Positions 39,810 to 52,020 of a stretch of 64,000 bases of DNA are shown here, in pieces. How positions within the stretch are numbered: position 1 is the first letter of the stretch; every line of letters starts with the position of its first letter. Under the pieces are notes generated by a model, which was not told where the DNA came from, ran no database searches, and was given only the letters and a program-made list of their open reading frames with translations. A program made the translations under genes and the position numbers. The stretch is from Batkoa obscura (lineage: Eukaryota): contig JASVEC010000011.1 of assembly GCA_030770535.1 (NCBI GenBank), forward strand, positions 806,001 to 870,000, in the 5' to 3' direction.

Positions 39810-40376
39810 ATGGTTAAAATAAATTCTTTGTCTTTAAGTGCTATTTTATTGTCTGCTTGTTTAGCACAAAATAACGGTGATTCTTCAAACTCAAATGCGT
39901 CTATGTCTGGAGCAATGAGTCCCTCAGGCTCAGCATCCGCATCAGCTTCAGTCCCACAACAAAGTAGTGTACCACTATCCGAACGTGATAAATGTTTAAT
40001 CAATTGTGGATTTGGTAATGTAGTATGCCAAAATAAATGTGATGGGATTCAAACACAAACTCAAGATGATGCCAAAAAGAATATTGCTTGTGTAAGTAAA
40101 TGTCAAACGGATCCAGATAACAAAGATAATGATAAAATGAAAGCTTGTTTATCTTCATGTAGTTCAAGTGTTACTTCTTCCGCTTCAGATTCTTCTTCGA
40201 ATTCTACCAGTAGCGATTCTAAATCGACTGGTAACTCAGCAAAGAAAAATTCCACTAACTCGACTTCTAAATCCGATCATGGTAATTCTTCAAATTCTTT
40301 GACTTCTTCACCAGTTTATATGTTATCCACCACTTTTATTATAGCACTTGGTTTATCTGCTTTTTCTAATCTCTAA
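39810..40376 (+). CDS. Secreted Ser-rich, Cys-domain, probably GPI-anchored cell-wall protein
   Basis: Signal peptide, 8-Cys domain (CLINC..VVCQNKC..CVSKC..CLSSC), Ser/Thr stalk, hydrophobic C-terminal tail. Confidence 0.85.
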   Translation: MVKINSLSLSAILLSACLAQNNGDSSNSNASMSGAMSPSGSASASASVPQQSSVPLSERDKCLINCGFGNVVCQNKCDGIQTQTQDDAKKNIACVSKCQTDPDNKDNDKMKACLSSCSSSVTSSASDSSSNSTSSDSKSTGNSAKKNSTNSTSKSDHGNSSNSLTSSPVYMLSTTFIIALGLSAFSNL

Positions 40377-41045
40377 ATAAAGAATTTTAATATATTATAT
40401 ACTACTTACAATTCCGATTTATTTTTAATTGTTATTTTTTGAAAAAGTGTGCAAGCCTTTGAGCTAGCAATACAGTAATTTCAAGCTATTAAATACTAAC
40501 ATTTTTTTGATAGTTTTTGTTGAAATACATTTAATAATTGAGCACAATAAAATAGTAAAGTAGGATAAAATAATAAAATAATAACATTTAATAGAGATTA
40601 TCTAAACCCTTAGCGCGTTTCTAGACTTAACCGCAAGCAACAATTCAGATTTATTAAGCTTAAGTACCTATAAAAAGTAAAGAGTAGTAACCGCATTCTT
40701 GTGATAATATTTGTATCAAAGTAACATAAAATGGAAGTTAAAAATCGAGGCCTAGCTAACTAAACAAATTGTCTATCAACACAAAATCTAGGATCCATTA
40801 TAAAAGGCAAGTAATCATATTAAACGGATGGATTTAAAAATCATTTTGGTAAAAATTGATCACTATTTTAAAGTTTATTACAAGGTAACTTATTAAGTAA
40901 TCTGACCTTTTTTGTGGTATAGACGGTAAAAGTAATTAACTGCAACTATAAAACCAGTTTTATAAAATTGAGTCCAATTATTAAAAAAATAAATTCCAAT
41001 CCAAAAATATTGTTGATCATAATAATCAAATAATATTTTTCATTA

Positions 41046-41147
41046 TATTGGGAAGTATTTTTTTGTTTAAGAATTTTACTAACAATCTTTCCGCTCAAAT
41101 AGCGCTTAAAAATGGAAAAAGTAATGAAACCAAGGAACATCCTCATA
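41046..41147 (-). mobile_element. MITE family A copy
   Basis: Reverse complement of consensus. Confidence 0.8.
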
Positions 41148-41517
41148 TCAATTTAATTTGGAAAGTTAATGAATTAAAGATTATTATTATTATTGTTACA
41201 AAAAGCGCCTGTTATATTTTGTATTATTTATATTTTGTATTTTTAAAAAAGAATTGCGTCCTATTTTCTTAAAAACTCATCTACAGTACTTCCAAGTAGA
41301 ATTTTCTATTACTGTTCGTTGAAGTCTTGTACATTTTATTTAAAAATCTTTATAAGATTAAATAGTATAAATATAAAGTATAAAAAATAGCAATGATTTT
41401 TATAAAAGTTTTTAATAAAAATAAACACCTTTAATTTAAAAGAAATGAGATTCATTTATAAAATAAAATATAATAAAATATTAATAAACACAAAATATAA
41501 GCTAAATTTTATTGTTA

Positions 41518-42378
41518 TTAAATAAAAACTATTGCCATAATTATAAATACTAAAAAGTCAAATTTTAAACTTATAGCATCCGATTTAACTTTTGAATTCT
41601 CCACTTTGTTATTATCCTCTTTATTTATTTGCTCATCCCCTTTGTCCTTCGTATCCTTTTTTTTACTTTTATCTTTACCTACTTCTTTATCACTTTTGTT
41701 CTCTTGTACACATTCACTTATTGTCACTGGAGTATAACCTTTATCTTTTAAATAATCAATAATCTTTGGAGTTTGATTAATAGATGCTTGAACAATATCA
41801 TGTTGAGTGGAAATAAAACTTCCTTTACTAGGTGGAATAATTTGATCTAATTGATTTTTAAAATTTAAAAATATATTATCGTTATCAGGACTAGTTACAT
41901 TAGCATATAAATAATCTTGAGTATCTAAGTTACTAATACTTAATATAAAACCCATCGATTCTAATTTATCCACTATTTCTTTAGGGAAATCATTAGAAGA
42001 ATAAGGTACTCTTAAAAAATAAGGTTTATAGTTAATCAGTTTACTGATATTAGTTTGTAAATCAATTAAATGATCAAAAAAAGCAGAGTTATTACTATCA
42101 ACTTTAAATAAATCTTCTTTACATTGTAAACCTATGAGATGACCATCCTGGTATGCTTGTTGTACATAAGCTTTGACAAAGGGAGTGCTGAGGTATTCTC
42201 CACTTAAGTGGAAGGTTACTTTGACTTCTTTATCTTTTAAGAGGTTTAATAAGCGTCCAGTATAAGGGGAGGGACCTCCATCAAAAGTTAATGCTAAATC
42301 ACCATTCTTGGAACAAGATTGGTAAACGATAGATAGGATAAAGTGGAGGTTTATATAAATAATATAGAATAAAAGCAT
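41518..42378 (-). CDS. Carbohydrate esterase family 4 (chitin deacetylase-like) protein with degenerate active site, signal peptide and GPI-like tail
   Basis: ALTFDGGPS, VKVTFH, DGHLIG, FLRVPY, NLDTQDY, STQHD, GYTPVTISEC: the NodB-domain motif order. Confidence 0.88.
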   Translation of the reverse strand: MLLFYIIYINLHFILSIVYQSCSKNGDLALTFDGGPSPYTGRLLNLLKDKEVKVTFHLSGEYLSTPFVKAYVQQAYQDGHLIGLQCKEDLFKVDSNNSAFFDHLIDLQTNISKLINYKPYFLRVPYSSNDFPKEIVDKLESMGFILSISNLDTQDYLYANVTSPDNDNIFLNFKNQLDQIIPPSKGSFISTQHDIVQASINQTPKIIDYLKDKGYTPVTISECVQENKSDKEVGKDKSKKKDTKDKGDEQINKEDNNKVENSKVKSDAISLKFDFLVFIIMAIVFI

Positions 42379-42694
42379 GTTCTAATTAATAGGATTTTAT
42401 TTTATAATAATGTTTTAATCTTAAATATACTACTTTTATACTTTTTGTTTAATTTGATCATTTTTATCAGTTAATAAAAATGAAACTAATATAATTAAAC
42501 ATTAATATTAAAAGTAATATAAAATAAATTCAATCTTAATAAAGTCTAATAAATTGAATTCTATTAATATCAATGTAATAAAGTTTATTAAATTCGGATC
42601 TATAAATATCAATTAAATCCAAACATCAATTATAATAAACTAATAATCAATAACAATAATAAAGTTTAAATAAATAAATAATTTTGATTAGAAC

Positions 42695-44539
42695 TTATTT
42701 ATTTTGATTAAAAAAATTCATAACATCTTCTTTAGTAACGATTTTACCTGATTGAGCAAATGGTGCAATAAATTCTTTAATTTTAGCTCGAATAATATCA
42801 ACATGATCTGTAATTTGTACTGCTTGAGATCTTGGTAAACTTGATAATGCTTTCATACCTGCATCATATAAAGTCTCAACTAATTATATAATTCAATTTT
42901 AATTTTAATTTAATAATAATATAAAATGATTAATTATTAACTATTATTATTATTATTATTATTATTACCGATTTCATTTTCTTCATCTCTTTCCTCTTCT
43001 TCAATAAGATATTCCTCTTCTTCATCAATTAAATGTTCCATATCTTGATCTTTATAAATTAATAAACACTATATAAAATTAGTATTTAATAATAATACTA
43101 TTAATATATTAAAAGTTACTTCTTCACATTTACAAAATATTCTACGCCATCCATCTTTAGCAAGTAAATGAATAGGTTGACTTTGAGGTAATATATCTAA
43201 TAATTAAATTATAATTATAATTATAATTTTATATTTAATAAAATAAATTGATTTTATATTACCTGGTTTTCTACAAAAGGTAACATTTTTATTTCCATCA
43301 ATTTTTCTTACTTTATTATTTTGATTTATATTTTCATCTTTTACTTCTTTATTGCTATTTAAATCTTCTTGATCTTCAATTTTTTCTTCTCTTACTCTTT
43401 TATTTTCTTTAGTATCTTTTTGTTCAATTGAATCTTCTTTATTATCTTCTTTATTATCTTCATCTTCAATAATATCCTTATTATCATCCTCATCCTTTTT
43501 GTCCTCTGTCGTATTACCTAGTACTGTCTTTATTTCAACCTCTTTAAGATTCATTTGTTTATCAATCATATCATTTGTTGTTTCATCTTTTATTACCTCA
43601 CTATTATTATTTTCCTTTTTATCATTTTCATTTATAACTTCATTATCCTTTATTTCGCTTTTATTATCATTATCATTATCATTATCTTCTTTATTATCTA
43701 TTGTATTTTCCACTTTAATATCAGTCTTCTTATTAACCACAATATTTTCATTTTTTTTAAATGAACATAATTTTCTAGTTTTTAAATAAGAAAATAAAAT
43801 TGGATGTTTAATTGTACAATCACAACAAATAAATTCATCATCATCATCAATTTCATTCTATATTTTATATTTGAAAAAATATAATAAATTTAATTTATAA
43901 TCTAAAATACAATTAAAACTTGAAAATCTTACAATCCCAATACATCGTTGATGAAACCAATTTTGACAATCAATACATTCAAACATATCATCTGTTTCAG
44001 TTTCTGGGCTATAGTTCCTTTTACACCTAAAATAAAACAACCATTTAATTCAAGATATCAATATCCTAATAAATCTTCATTTACCAACAATAAATCCCAT
44101 CAAAATTTTCAGTATATATGTTTCCTTCTACCTTCTTCCTCCATCCCTTTTTATCAACATCGCCATGGATCACCTCTCCCTCTTGTGGAGGAATAAACTT
44201 TTCTAAATTACATTTATTTTGAAACTTTTTTGTCCCACATTCACACCGAAAATTTCTTTTATTAAATAATTCCAATAATTCATGTTTCGAATGACAACCA
44301 ATAGAACAAGAATAACATATACCTGCTTTTTCTTTAATCTCCCTACTATCTTCTTTTTCACAAGTTAAGCAAACATATACAGGTTGATTTAAATGACCTT
44401 CATGATATGTGCATTCTTGGAATTTACCAGGTAATACTTCCTTGGCTTCAATTTCTTGTTTGAGTTGTTGTTCTAAATATTCTAAGGGTGTGACAATCGC
44501 TTCTTCGTTCGAGTTTATAGCCTGATCCTTGTTTTCCAT
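42695..44539 (-). CDS. UBR-box/PHD-finger E3 ligase, UBR7/Mlo2-like; multi-exon
   Basis: CTY..QPVYVCLTC..GICYSCSIGCH..ELFNKRNFRCECG; NFDGIYCWCKRNY..MFECIDCQNWFHQRC; GWRRIFCKCEEC; ends QSGKIVTKEDVMNFFNQNK*. Confidence 0.9.
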
Positions 44540-44954
44540 TTTAAAGTTGTTTTTTTAAATAGAATTAAAAAAGAAATCAATCAAGAAAAGTTTGATTTTT
44601 TTAACTGGCATTTGTAAGTTTAGCATAATATAAAAATTGAAATCTAATTGATCAATTGAAATTTAGGTTATAATTTATAAATTCTAAATATGTTTTTAGT
44701 TCCAGTGATTTGTCCATTTTTTTAAGTATAAAATTTAAAATTTAGTAAAAATAGTGAAATAAAAAACACATTCCTTATTTTTAAACTAGTAATTGAACTT
44801 ACCAAAATAAAATCAAAATCAATTTCATAAAAAGAACATTAAAATAAATTAATTTTACAAAACTAATTATTCTGTTATTAATTAATTAATTAAATTATAG
44901 TCTATTGTAGATCATATTGAACTAACAATAATTTTATAATTAAAACATTAAATT

Positions 44955-45730
44955 TTATTTATTAATATCCACCACTTGTAACTCATTAATTGTATTAATA
45001 AATCGATCCGAATCTCTTAAATTATATTGAGTATGATAAGGAGGAGTTATAGTATTAAATGAAGTTAAATTATCAATATTAAAATCCTTTAATTTTTTTT
45101 GTTTCTTTGTACTTTCCATTCTTTTAATCTTCACTTGTAGTGGATCATATCCTTTTAATATAGCTACTGGATCTTGATAAAATATATGATGACTTTTATT
45201 TAATGAATTAAGTGAATTGTTTGCTGACATCTAAAATAAAAGTTATATCTACTGTTAATTATTGATACACAGATTATATTATTTATACTTACTTCTTTAT
45301 ACTTCTCCTTTGTTTTACTTGTTTTAACAAAATTATAAACCCCACCTTTTTTATCAATCTTTTTTTTATTTTTAATATACCACCAAATAAAGGAGATCAT
45401 TGCTACTAAAACAATAACACCTGTAGCCCCACCACAAGAAACTCCAATTACTAAAGTCATATTATCTTTCGATGAAGTATTAGTTCCATTATTATTTGTT
45501 GCTGCTATCTTTTCTTTTTTGGGTATACAAATAACTTGAGCACAACTAGTTTCAGTGGGTGGTTGTACCATACATCCTCTATCTACACATTTTACTTGGC
45601 ATGACTCAACCGCTGGACAATCCTGTATCCCTCGTCGTATAAGCCCTACATATGCTATAAAATTAAATATTAGCTTTAGTTGTTATTGTTAGTAAATTGC
45701 ATTGGATTTACATTGATTTATTGAAGCCAT
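44955..45730 (-). CDS. Single-pass membrane protein with N-terminal Cys-rich module (Opy2-like architecture); 3 exons
   Basis: Spliced: ..CPAVESCQVKCVDRGCMVQPPTETSCAQVIC.., TM LVIGVSCGGATGVIVLVAMISFIWWYI followed by a KNKKK stop-transfer, cytoplasmic tail. Start codon uncertain. Confidence 0.6.
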
Positions 45731-46257
45731 AATATAATAATAAATAAATAAAGCTATGAAAAAATTATTTTAAAGTAATAACATTATTTTGTATGTTAAT
45801 TAATAGATTGGATTTATTTGTATTAAATAAATCAAATTCCTTTCTTTATGTTTCATTGATTATTTGAATGTTCTTATTTTTTTTTAGTTGAAAATTGCTA
45901 TTTTTATAATTGTTCTTCATATTTAAATTAAAATGTGATTCTATACTCAATTAATAAAAAATAAATAATAAAAATATCTTGATTAATCTTTTTGTATTTA
46001 TAATTCTATCCCTTTTTTTAAAAAGTATATATTTGAGTTCATATTTAAATAGAAGTCAAATAATCCTTTTATAATAAGAAATATGTAATAAAACTATCCT
46101 GATTGATCTTTTTGTATTTCTTATCCCTTTCTAAAAAAAGGCATACTTGAGCTTATATTTAAATACATAATAATAATAATAATAATAGGATATTAAATAA
46201 TACAATACGATAATATAAAACAATATCAATTACACAATAAACTTCAATAAAATTGAT

Positions 46258-47220
46258 TTATTTTAAAAGTTCTTTTGGAGTATCTGGCTGAGCTTTCCAA
46301 TCTCCTTTTTGAAATGCTTCAACTTGTTCCAAATTTTTATAAATTTGATTAATAATTGGAAATTCATTCATATTGACTTCAAATCTAAATAATAAAAATA
46401 AACATTGATACTATTAACTGAAAGGAATGATAGAATAATTTACCTTAAGGCATTATAAACTTGAGGATAAATACAAAGATCTAATAAAGTAATAGTATCT
46501 CCATAACCATATTTACCATGTACAAATTTTAGTTCTTGTTCTAAAACTAATCATAGTAATAATAAACATTATTACTTATTAAATATGATAAAATATTAAG
46601 TCAGTTAATAACTTACTTTTAAATCCTTCAGTAATGAAATAGTTAGCCCATTCTTTATTACCATCCCCAATTTTCTTTAATACATTTAAATTTTGAATAG
46701 GTTGGATATCAGCTACAATTGATAAAGCTAAAGAACGGACCTAAATAATAATATGTATGAATAAACAATATATACATCAATATTAATTCTATTTACTTTT
46801 GATCTTTCAAATGGATCTTTAGGTAATAAAGGGTTTTCTAATAATAAAAAATAGAAATATTAAAGTTGCTATAACTAATTAAATTTCAATTGAAAACTTA
46901 CCTGGATAAACTTCTTCTAAATATTCTAATATAGCTAAGGATTGAGAAATCACTTTATCTCCAATTTTTAAACAAGGTAATTTGCCTTGTAAATTAATAT
47001 CTAAATATTCTTGGGATTTCTAAAAACAAAAAATTATTAGTATCAATTATCACTCAGTTATCATTTAATAAGAATATATATAATAATAACAATAAAATAC
47101 CTGTTTTCCTTCTACTAAATGAATAGGTACATAATCATATTCAATACCTTTTAATATTAATGCTATACGTACACGTGCGGAACAAGAAGAACGAAAGTAA
47201 CTGTATAAGACTGGTTTCAT
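46258..47220 (-). CDS. Maleylacetoacetate isomerase / glutathione S-transferase zeta; multi-exon
   Basis: [28 protein letters not shown] (zeta SSC motif), [40 protein letters not shown]. Not in the ORF track. Confidence 0.92.
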
Positions 47221-47376
47221 TTTATATGAATTTCTTTTGAAAAAAGAAATTTTTTGAAAAAATAATTAAAATTTGAACTGCGTCATCCATGAGTTTTAAG
47301 CTTGATAAAATATTGGTTAGGTTTTGTAAATTACTTATTGCTTTTTGTTTATTTTTTATCTGCATTTTTTTAAATA

Positions 47377-47930
47377 ATGAGTTATAAAGATTATGATTTT
47401 GATAATGATTTGGTGTTTCAAGTAAATTAACAATATAATAATAATAATAATAATGATAATAACAGTAGCACAGAAAGGAAAAGAACAATTGATAACTAAA
47501 TTGAGTAAAACTGGGGAAACGAAAGAAGATATAGAAGAAGAGATTAAAGAGTTTTACTTTTTAAAGTAAATTTATACTCTTTTATATATTATTTTATATA
47601 AATTAACAATGTTTAGTATTCTTCAAAATAACAACAATAAAGAAATAGAAGGAGAAATAAAAGGAGAAGGTGACCTTATAATAACTAAATGATTTATTAA
47701 AACTAATGGAATGATATTTAATATTTAGAAACTAAAAAATTAACGTTTCAACAAATTGTTAAATTAATTGAAGAGGGCAAACCAGTACCAGGTAATTAAA
47801 AATATTAATAACCTAATAAATAGACTAAATATCTTATTCAAAAGGTATAAAATCAATTCCCAATAAAATTAATGAAGGAAAACCAAGTGATCCACAATTA
47901 AAACCACGATTAAAACCATGGGAAAAGTAA
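47377..47930 (+). CDS. PEX39-like (DUF5572 / C6orf226 family) small protein; 5 exons
   Basis: Spliced with four GT-AG introns: MSYKDYDFDNDLVFQ-KGKEQLI..IKEFYFL-..-TKKLTFQQIVKLIEEGKPVPG-IKSIPNKINEGKPSDPQLKPRLKPWEK*. Not in the ORF track. Confidence 0.8.
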
Positions 47931-48009
47931 TGAAAATAAAGTCATAAAAAACAATAAAAATAAAAAAATAAAAATAATTCCGCTTAATTCAACTTCATTT
48001 TATTTCAAT

Positions 48010-49853
48010 TTAATTTTTAAATTCTTTATTAAATTCTCGTCCAATTAACATACGACGAATTTCACTAGTACCTGCTCCAATTTCGTATAATTTAGCATCT
48101 CTTAATATACGTCCAGTTGGATATTCATTAATATACCCATTACCACCTAATAATTGAATAGCATCTAAGGCTACCTCTGTAGCTCTTTCTGCTGCATATA
48201 ATATAATACCAGCGCAATCCTAATTAAAAATATAGATTGATTAATATATACTGTTATTTTAAGTTTAATAAAAAAATAGTTTACTTTATTTGAACTTTTG
48301 CCCGCATCAGCAGCACGAGCTACTGCATAAAGATAAGATCTAGTGGAGGATACTTTGGTATACATATCTGCTAATTTACCTTGAACTAACTAATGAAAAA
48401 CAAAAAATGAATATCTCTAAAATCAACGAAATTATTAATACTTACTTGAAATTCACCAATAGCTTTGCCAAATTGTTTACGAGTATGTACATATGGTAAA
48501 GTTATATCCATAGCATTTTGCATAAGACTAAATATAAAGGAATAAATAAATAAAATTTAAGATGATAAAAGTTAATAATTTTTTGACTTACCCAACAGGA
48601 CCAGAAGCTAAAACTAAACGCTCATAATCTAATCCACTCATTAATACATAAACACCTTCATTTTCTTTACCAAGGATATTTTCAGCTAATTAAAATTAAA
48701 ATTAAAATATTATTAATTAATATTATAATATTAGTTTTAATAAAATAAAATGTACCTGGCACTTCACAATCTTCAAATACCAATTCACAAGTATTTGAAC
48801 CACGCATTCCTAATTTATCTAATTTTTGATGAGTAGAAAAGCCCTTAAATCCCTAAAAACAAACTTCATTAGTGTCTTACTTATACCTTCTTTTACTTTT
48901 ACTTACTTTTTCAACAATAAAAGCAGTAATCCCCTTAGGTCCAGCTTCTGGTTTAGTTTTAGCATAAACAACTAAAGTATTTGCATCGGGACCATTAGTT
49001 ATCCAAAATTTATTTCCATTTAAAATATATTTATCTCCTTTTTTTTCTGCTTTTAAGCTCATAGATACTACATCGGAACCGGAACCGGGTTCCGACATAG
49101 CTAATGCACCAACATGTTCACCAGATATTAACTAATATAATTGTTTAAATTGTAGATTTTATAATTATTTTTTCATTACCTTTGGTAAATATTTTTCTTT
49201 TTGTTGTTGATTACCATTACGTACAATTTGATTGACACATAAGTTAGAATGAGCACCATAACTTAGAGCAACAGAACCTGAAGCTCTAGAAATTTCTTCC
49301 ATGGCTATACAATGATCTAAATAGCCAAAACCTAATCCACCGTACTTTTCTATAAAAAAAATGCAAATTTTTAGCAAATATTCTTTTTTTTGATAATGAT
49401 TTTTAATTACCTGGTGCAGTGATACCAAGTAATCCCATATCTCCTAAACGTTTCCATAAATGCTACAATAAATATTAATTATTATCTTTTAATTATTATC
49501 GTTATTAGATAATTTACCATTGGAAACTCATTTTTTTGATCAATTTCTTGAGCTAATGGAGCAATTTCTTTCTGTACAAAATCATGAATCGTTTCACGAA
49601 ACTAATCAATTTTAATATAATATTATTAATAGGTATATTTTCTTAGTTTATAATATCTTTTACTTGTGATTGTTCATAACTTAAACCAGCAACATGTGGG
49701 TTATAACCACCATCAGTAACAATGTTACGTACTGAATTGACAGTAAGTTTTAATGCATTCTAATAAATTATTATATTTTATTAAAATTAAATAATGTTGA
49801 TTTAAATAGACTATTCTTACTTTATTTTTAATTAAAGAGTTGAATCGAAGCAT
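48010..49853 (-). CDS. IVD: Isovaleryl-CoA dehydrogenase, mitochondrial; many introns
   Basis: [102 protein letters not shown]. Confidence 0.93.
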
Positions 49854-50061
49854 TGTTTTATTATTATGAGAGATGAAATATCAATTTTGTTTTATTTTTG
49901 AAAATAATCGAAATTTGACAGTTTATTTTCTAGCATTTATTTCATTGGCCCAGTTTTAAAACCTCACGAGATAGAAATTCATTGGTTTATAAAATTAATA
50001 AACTTTTAGTCAACCATTGAAAGTGATGTTAATTGTTGAAAAAACAAAATTTCTAGTTTAA

Positions 50062-50162
50062 TGTGAGGATGTTTTTTTGGCTTCATTATTTTCCATTTTT
50101 TAAGCAGTATTTGAGTAGAAAGGTTGTTAGTAAAATTCTTAAACAAAAAAATACATCCCATG
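50062..50162 (+). mobile_element. MITE family A copy
   Basis: Matches consensus. Confidence 0.8.
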
Positions 50163-51639
50163 TCAAATTTCCAAAGTTACAATAAAAGTTATTTTGTTCA
50201 TTTTTCTATTAGTTGTAAAATTCAAACGTAAAAAAAACGCTTTATTAACTCATTCTTTGAAAATTTGGAATTGAAGCTTCCAAGTGTTTTACTATTGAGA
50301 GTAAAAGGATTTCGATAAAGTTTCAAAAAACAAAATGACCCAAGAAGATTCAAATAGAGCAATACTAAAACTTGTGAAAATAAAAAAAGTATTGAGATTA
50401 ATTTTATCTGCGTCCAATCATTGTAAGTTAAATATCATAACTTTGACTTCCAATTTTTACAATTTAACCTGAACATGAACATGACGATGACATTGTTTAT
50501 GACAATTAGATCTAAGTATGAGAACTCAATGTACAATAATCTATTGTCTTTATTTTAAAATCCAGTCTTTAGTTGAAAGTTTGATAAAGAAATTACATCT
50601 TCGGTTCAAACTTATAAAAATTATTATAAGATTAAAAATCAATGAAATGTTATAAAAATAAAACTAATGATAGAAATTAATCTCAATATCAATCCTTTGT
50701 TTCTTTAAACTATCTTCAATTCCCCTAATACATTATCGATTATCATGTTTTTTTAAATTTTCACTTAAATTTCCTTTGCATACGTTTTAACCTTTTTAAA
50801 AAAACTACAAAAAAAATTATATTTAGCATCTATGCAATTTAATCAATATAAGTAAGGTATATCTTTAGGTCATAATCCATTAATCGCCTTACTAATTATC
50901 ACTGGGCTTTACAATGTGCAATGACACAAACAGATTCTTATCATCAGTTAAGCTAAGCCCAATCCCCTCCATATCTTAGCAATATACACTTGATGGACCA
51001 ATTGATGGCAAGTCTCATATATAACCTGAAATTACGTCCAGTAGATAAACACACTTTTTAAAAGCTTTAAAACTATTTTAGATAAAAAGAACTTTTATTA
51101 GAATCAGAATATATTTAGGTTGCTCATTGAAACTTAGATTCATAAAGCTTCATCCAACAATGGGAGTGGGTGACAGCGACAATAGGAGATGTGGATAGAT
51201 ATTTAAAGGATAATTTGGTATTCTGGGCACCAATAAATCATAATCCAATGGTTATAACAAAGCTTGGGTATGGCAAAAAAAGTCCAGCAAGCTGGAGTGA
51301 GTTGTAAATAAGCAGGCTTTGATATTGTGAAAGTATTTTTATAGTATTAAATTAGAGTCATTATTTACTATATCCTTTAAAATATGTTATAATTCAAGTA
51401 GATTAATTATAAGTTATTGCATTTATAAAAGGGGTATACTATCATGAATAAAAAAGAAATAATAATAGTTTAAATAATACAACTACACGATTTCATATAT
51501 AAAGGGAATATTGATTAAATCTTACATAATATAATTGCGCTGTTGCACTTATTTTAATATAATCATGAAAATAAATACTACCTGATAGAAGTCGAAATAA
51601 AATGAAGACGTTATTTAATAATGCTTTTTTAAACTTTGG

Positions 51640-52020
51640 ACTCAAAAAGGCATCAATGCTGTAAGTATTCTTACTTAGATATTTGATGGCCCAGTAGATA
51701 CTATTAATTCGCGCTATTCACCCTTCAAAATAAAGATGAAGGAATGAAAAGCCAGTCACTGAGTTTTTTGCTGAATATTTGCAATAAGCTCGGTGTATAA
51801 TCCAAAGTGTTGATCCGTTAAAACAAGTAGAAAAAATCATATTAAAATCAAAAAGAAATACACCAAAGCAATTGGAAGAAACTGGGGAGTGTCAATATTA
51901 TAATCTGAAATGTCGAAATGGCCTTGGACCACAGATTCTAGGTACAAGGATAGTCAAAGAACCTATATAAAAGCTGTATATCTCTTTGTAGGTATCAAAA
52001 GCATTCTGGTAAAACGCTAA
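51640..52020 (-). mobile_element. Decayed 3' end of a non-LTR retrotransposon (LINE) ORF2
   Basis: Minus strand reads LPECF*YLQRDIQLLYRFFDYPCT*NLWSKAI (a mutated C-x2-C-x8-H-x4-C knuckle followed by LW), and further on GSTLWIIHRAYCKY, resembling the LWxIW motif after the LINE zinc knuckle. Confidence 0.55.

Noticed and set aside
48670..48682. ATATCCTT in IVD as another U12 donor
   Set aside because: It lies within coding sequence (ENILGK) flanked by normal GT-AG introns.
46258..49853. GST-zeta plus IVD as an amino-acid catabolism cluster
   Set aside because: Different pathways (Tyr/Phe vs Leu) and no other pathway genes nearby; adjacency alone is insufficient.
50850..51310. GC-richer patch with a short Trp-rich frame (FIQQWEWV..ASWSEL)
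   Set aside because: Possibly more retroelement debris, but no motif I can identify with confidence.
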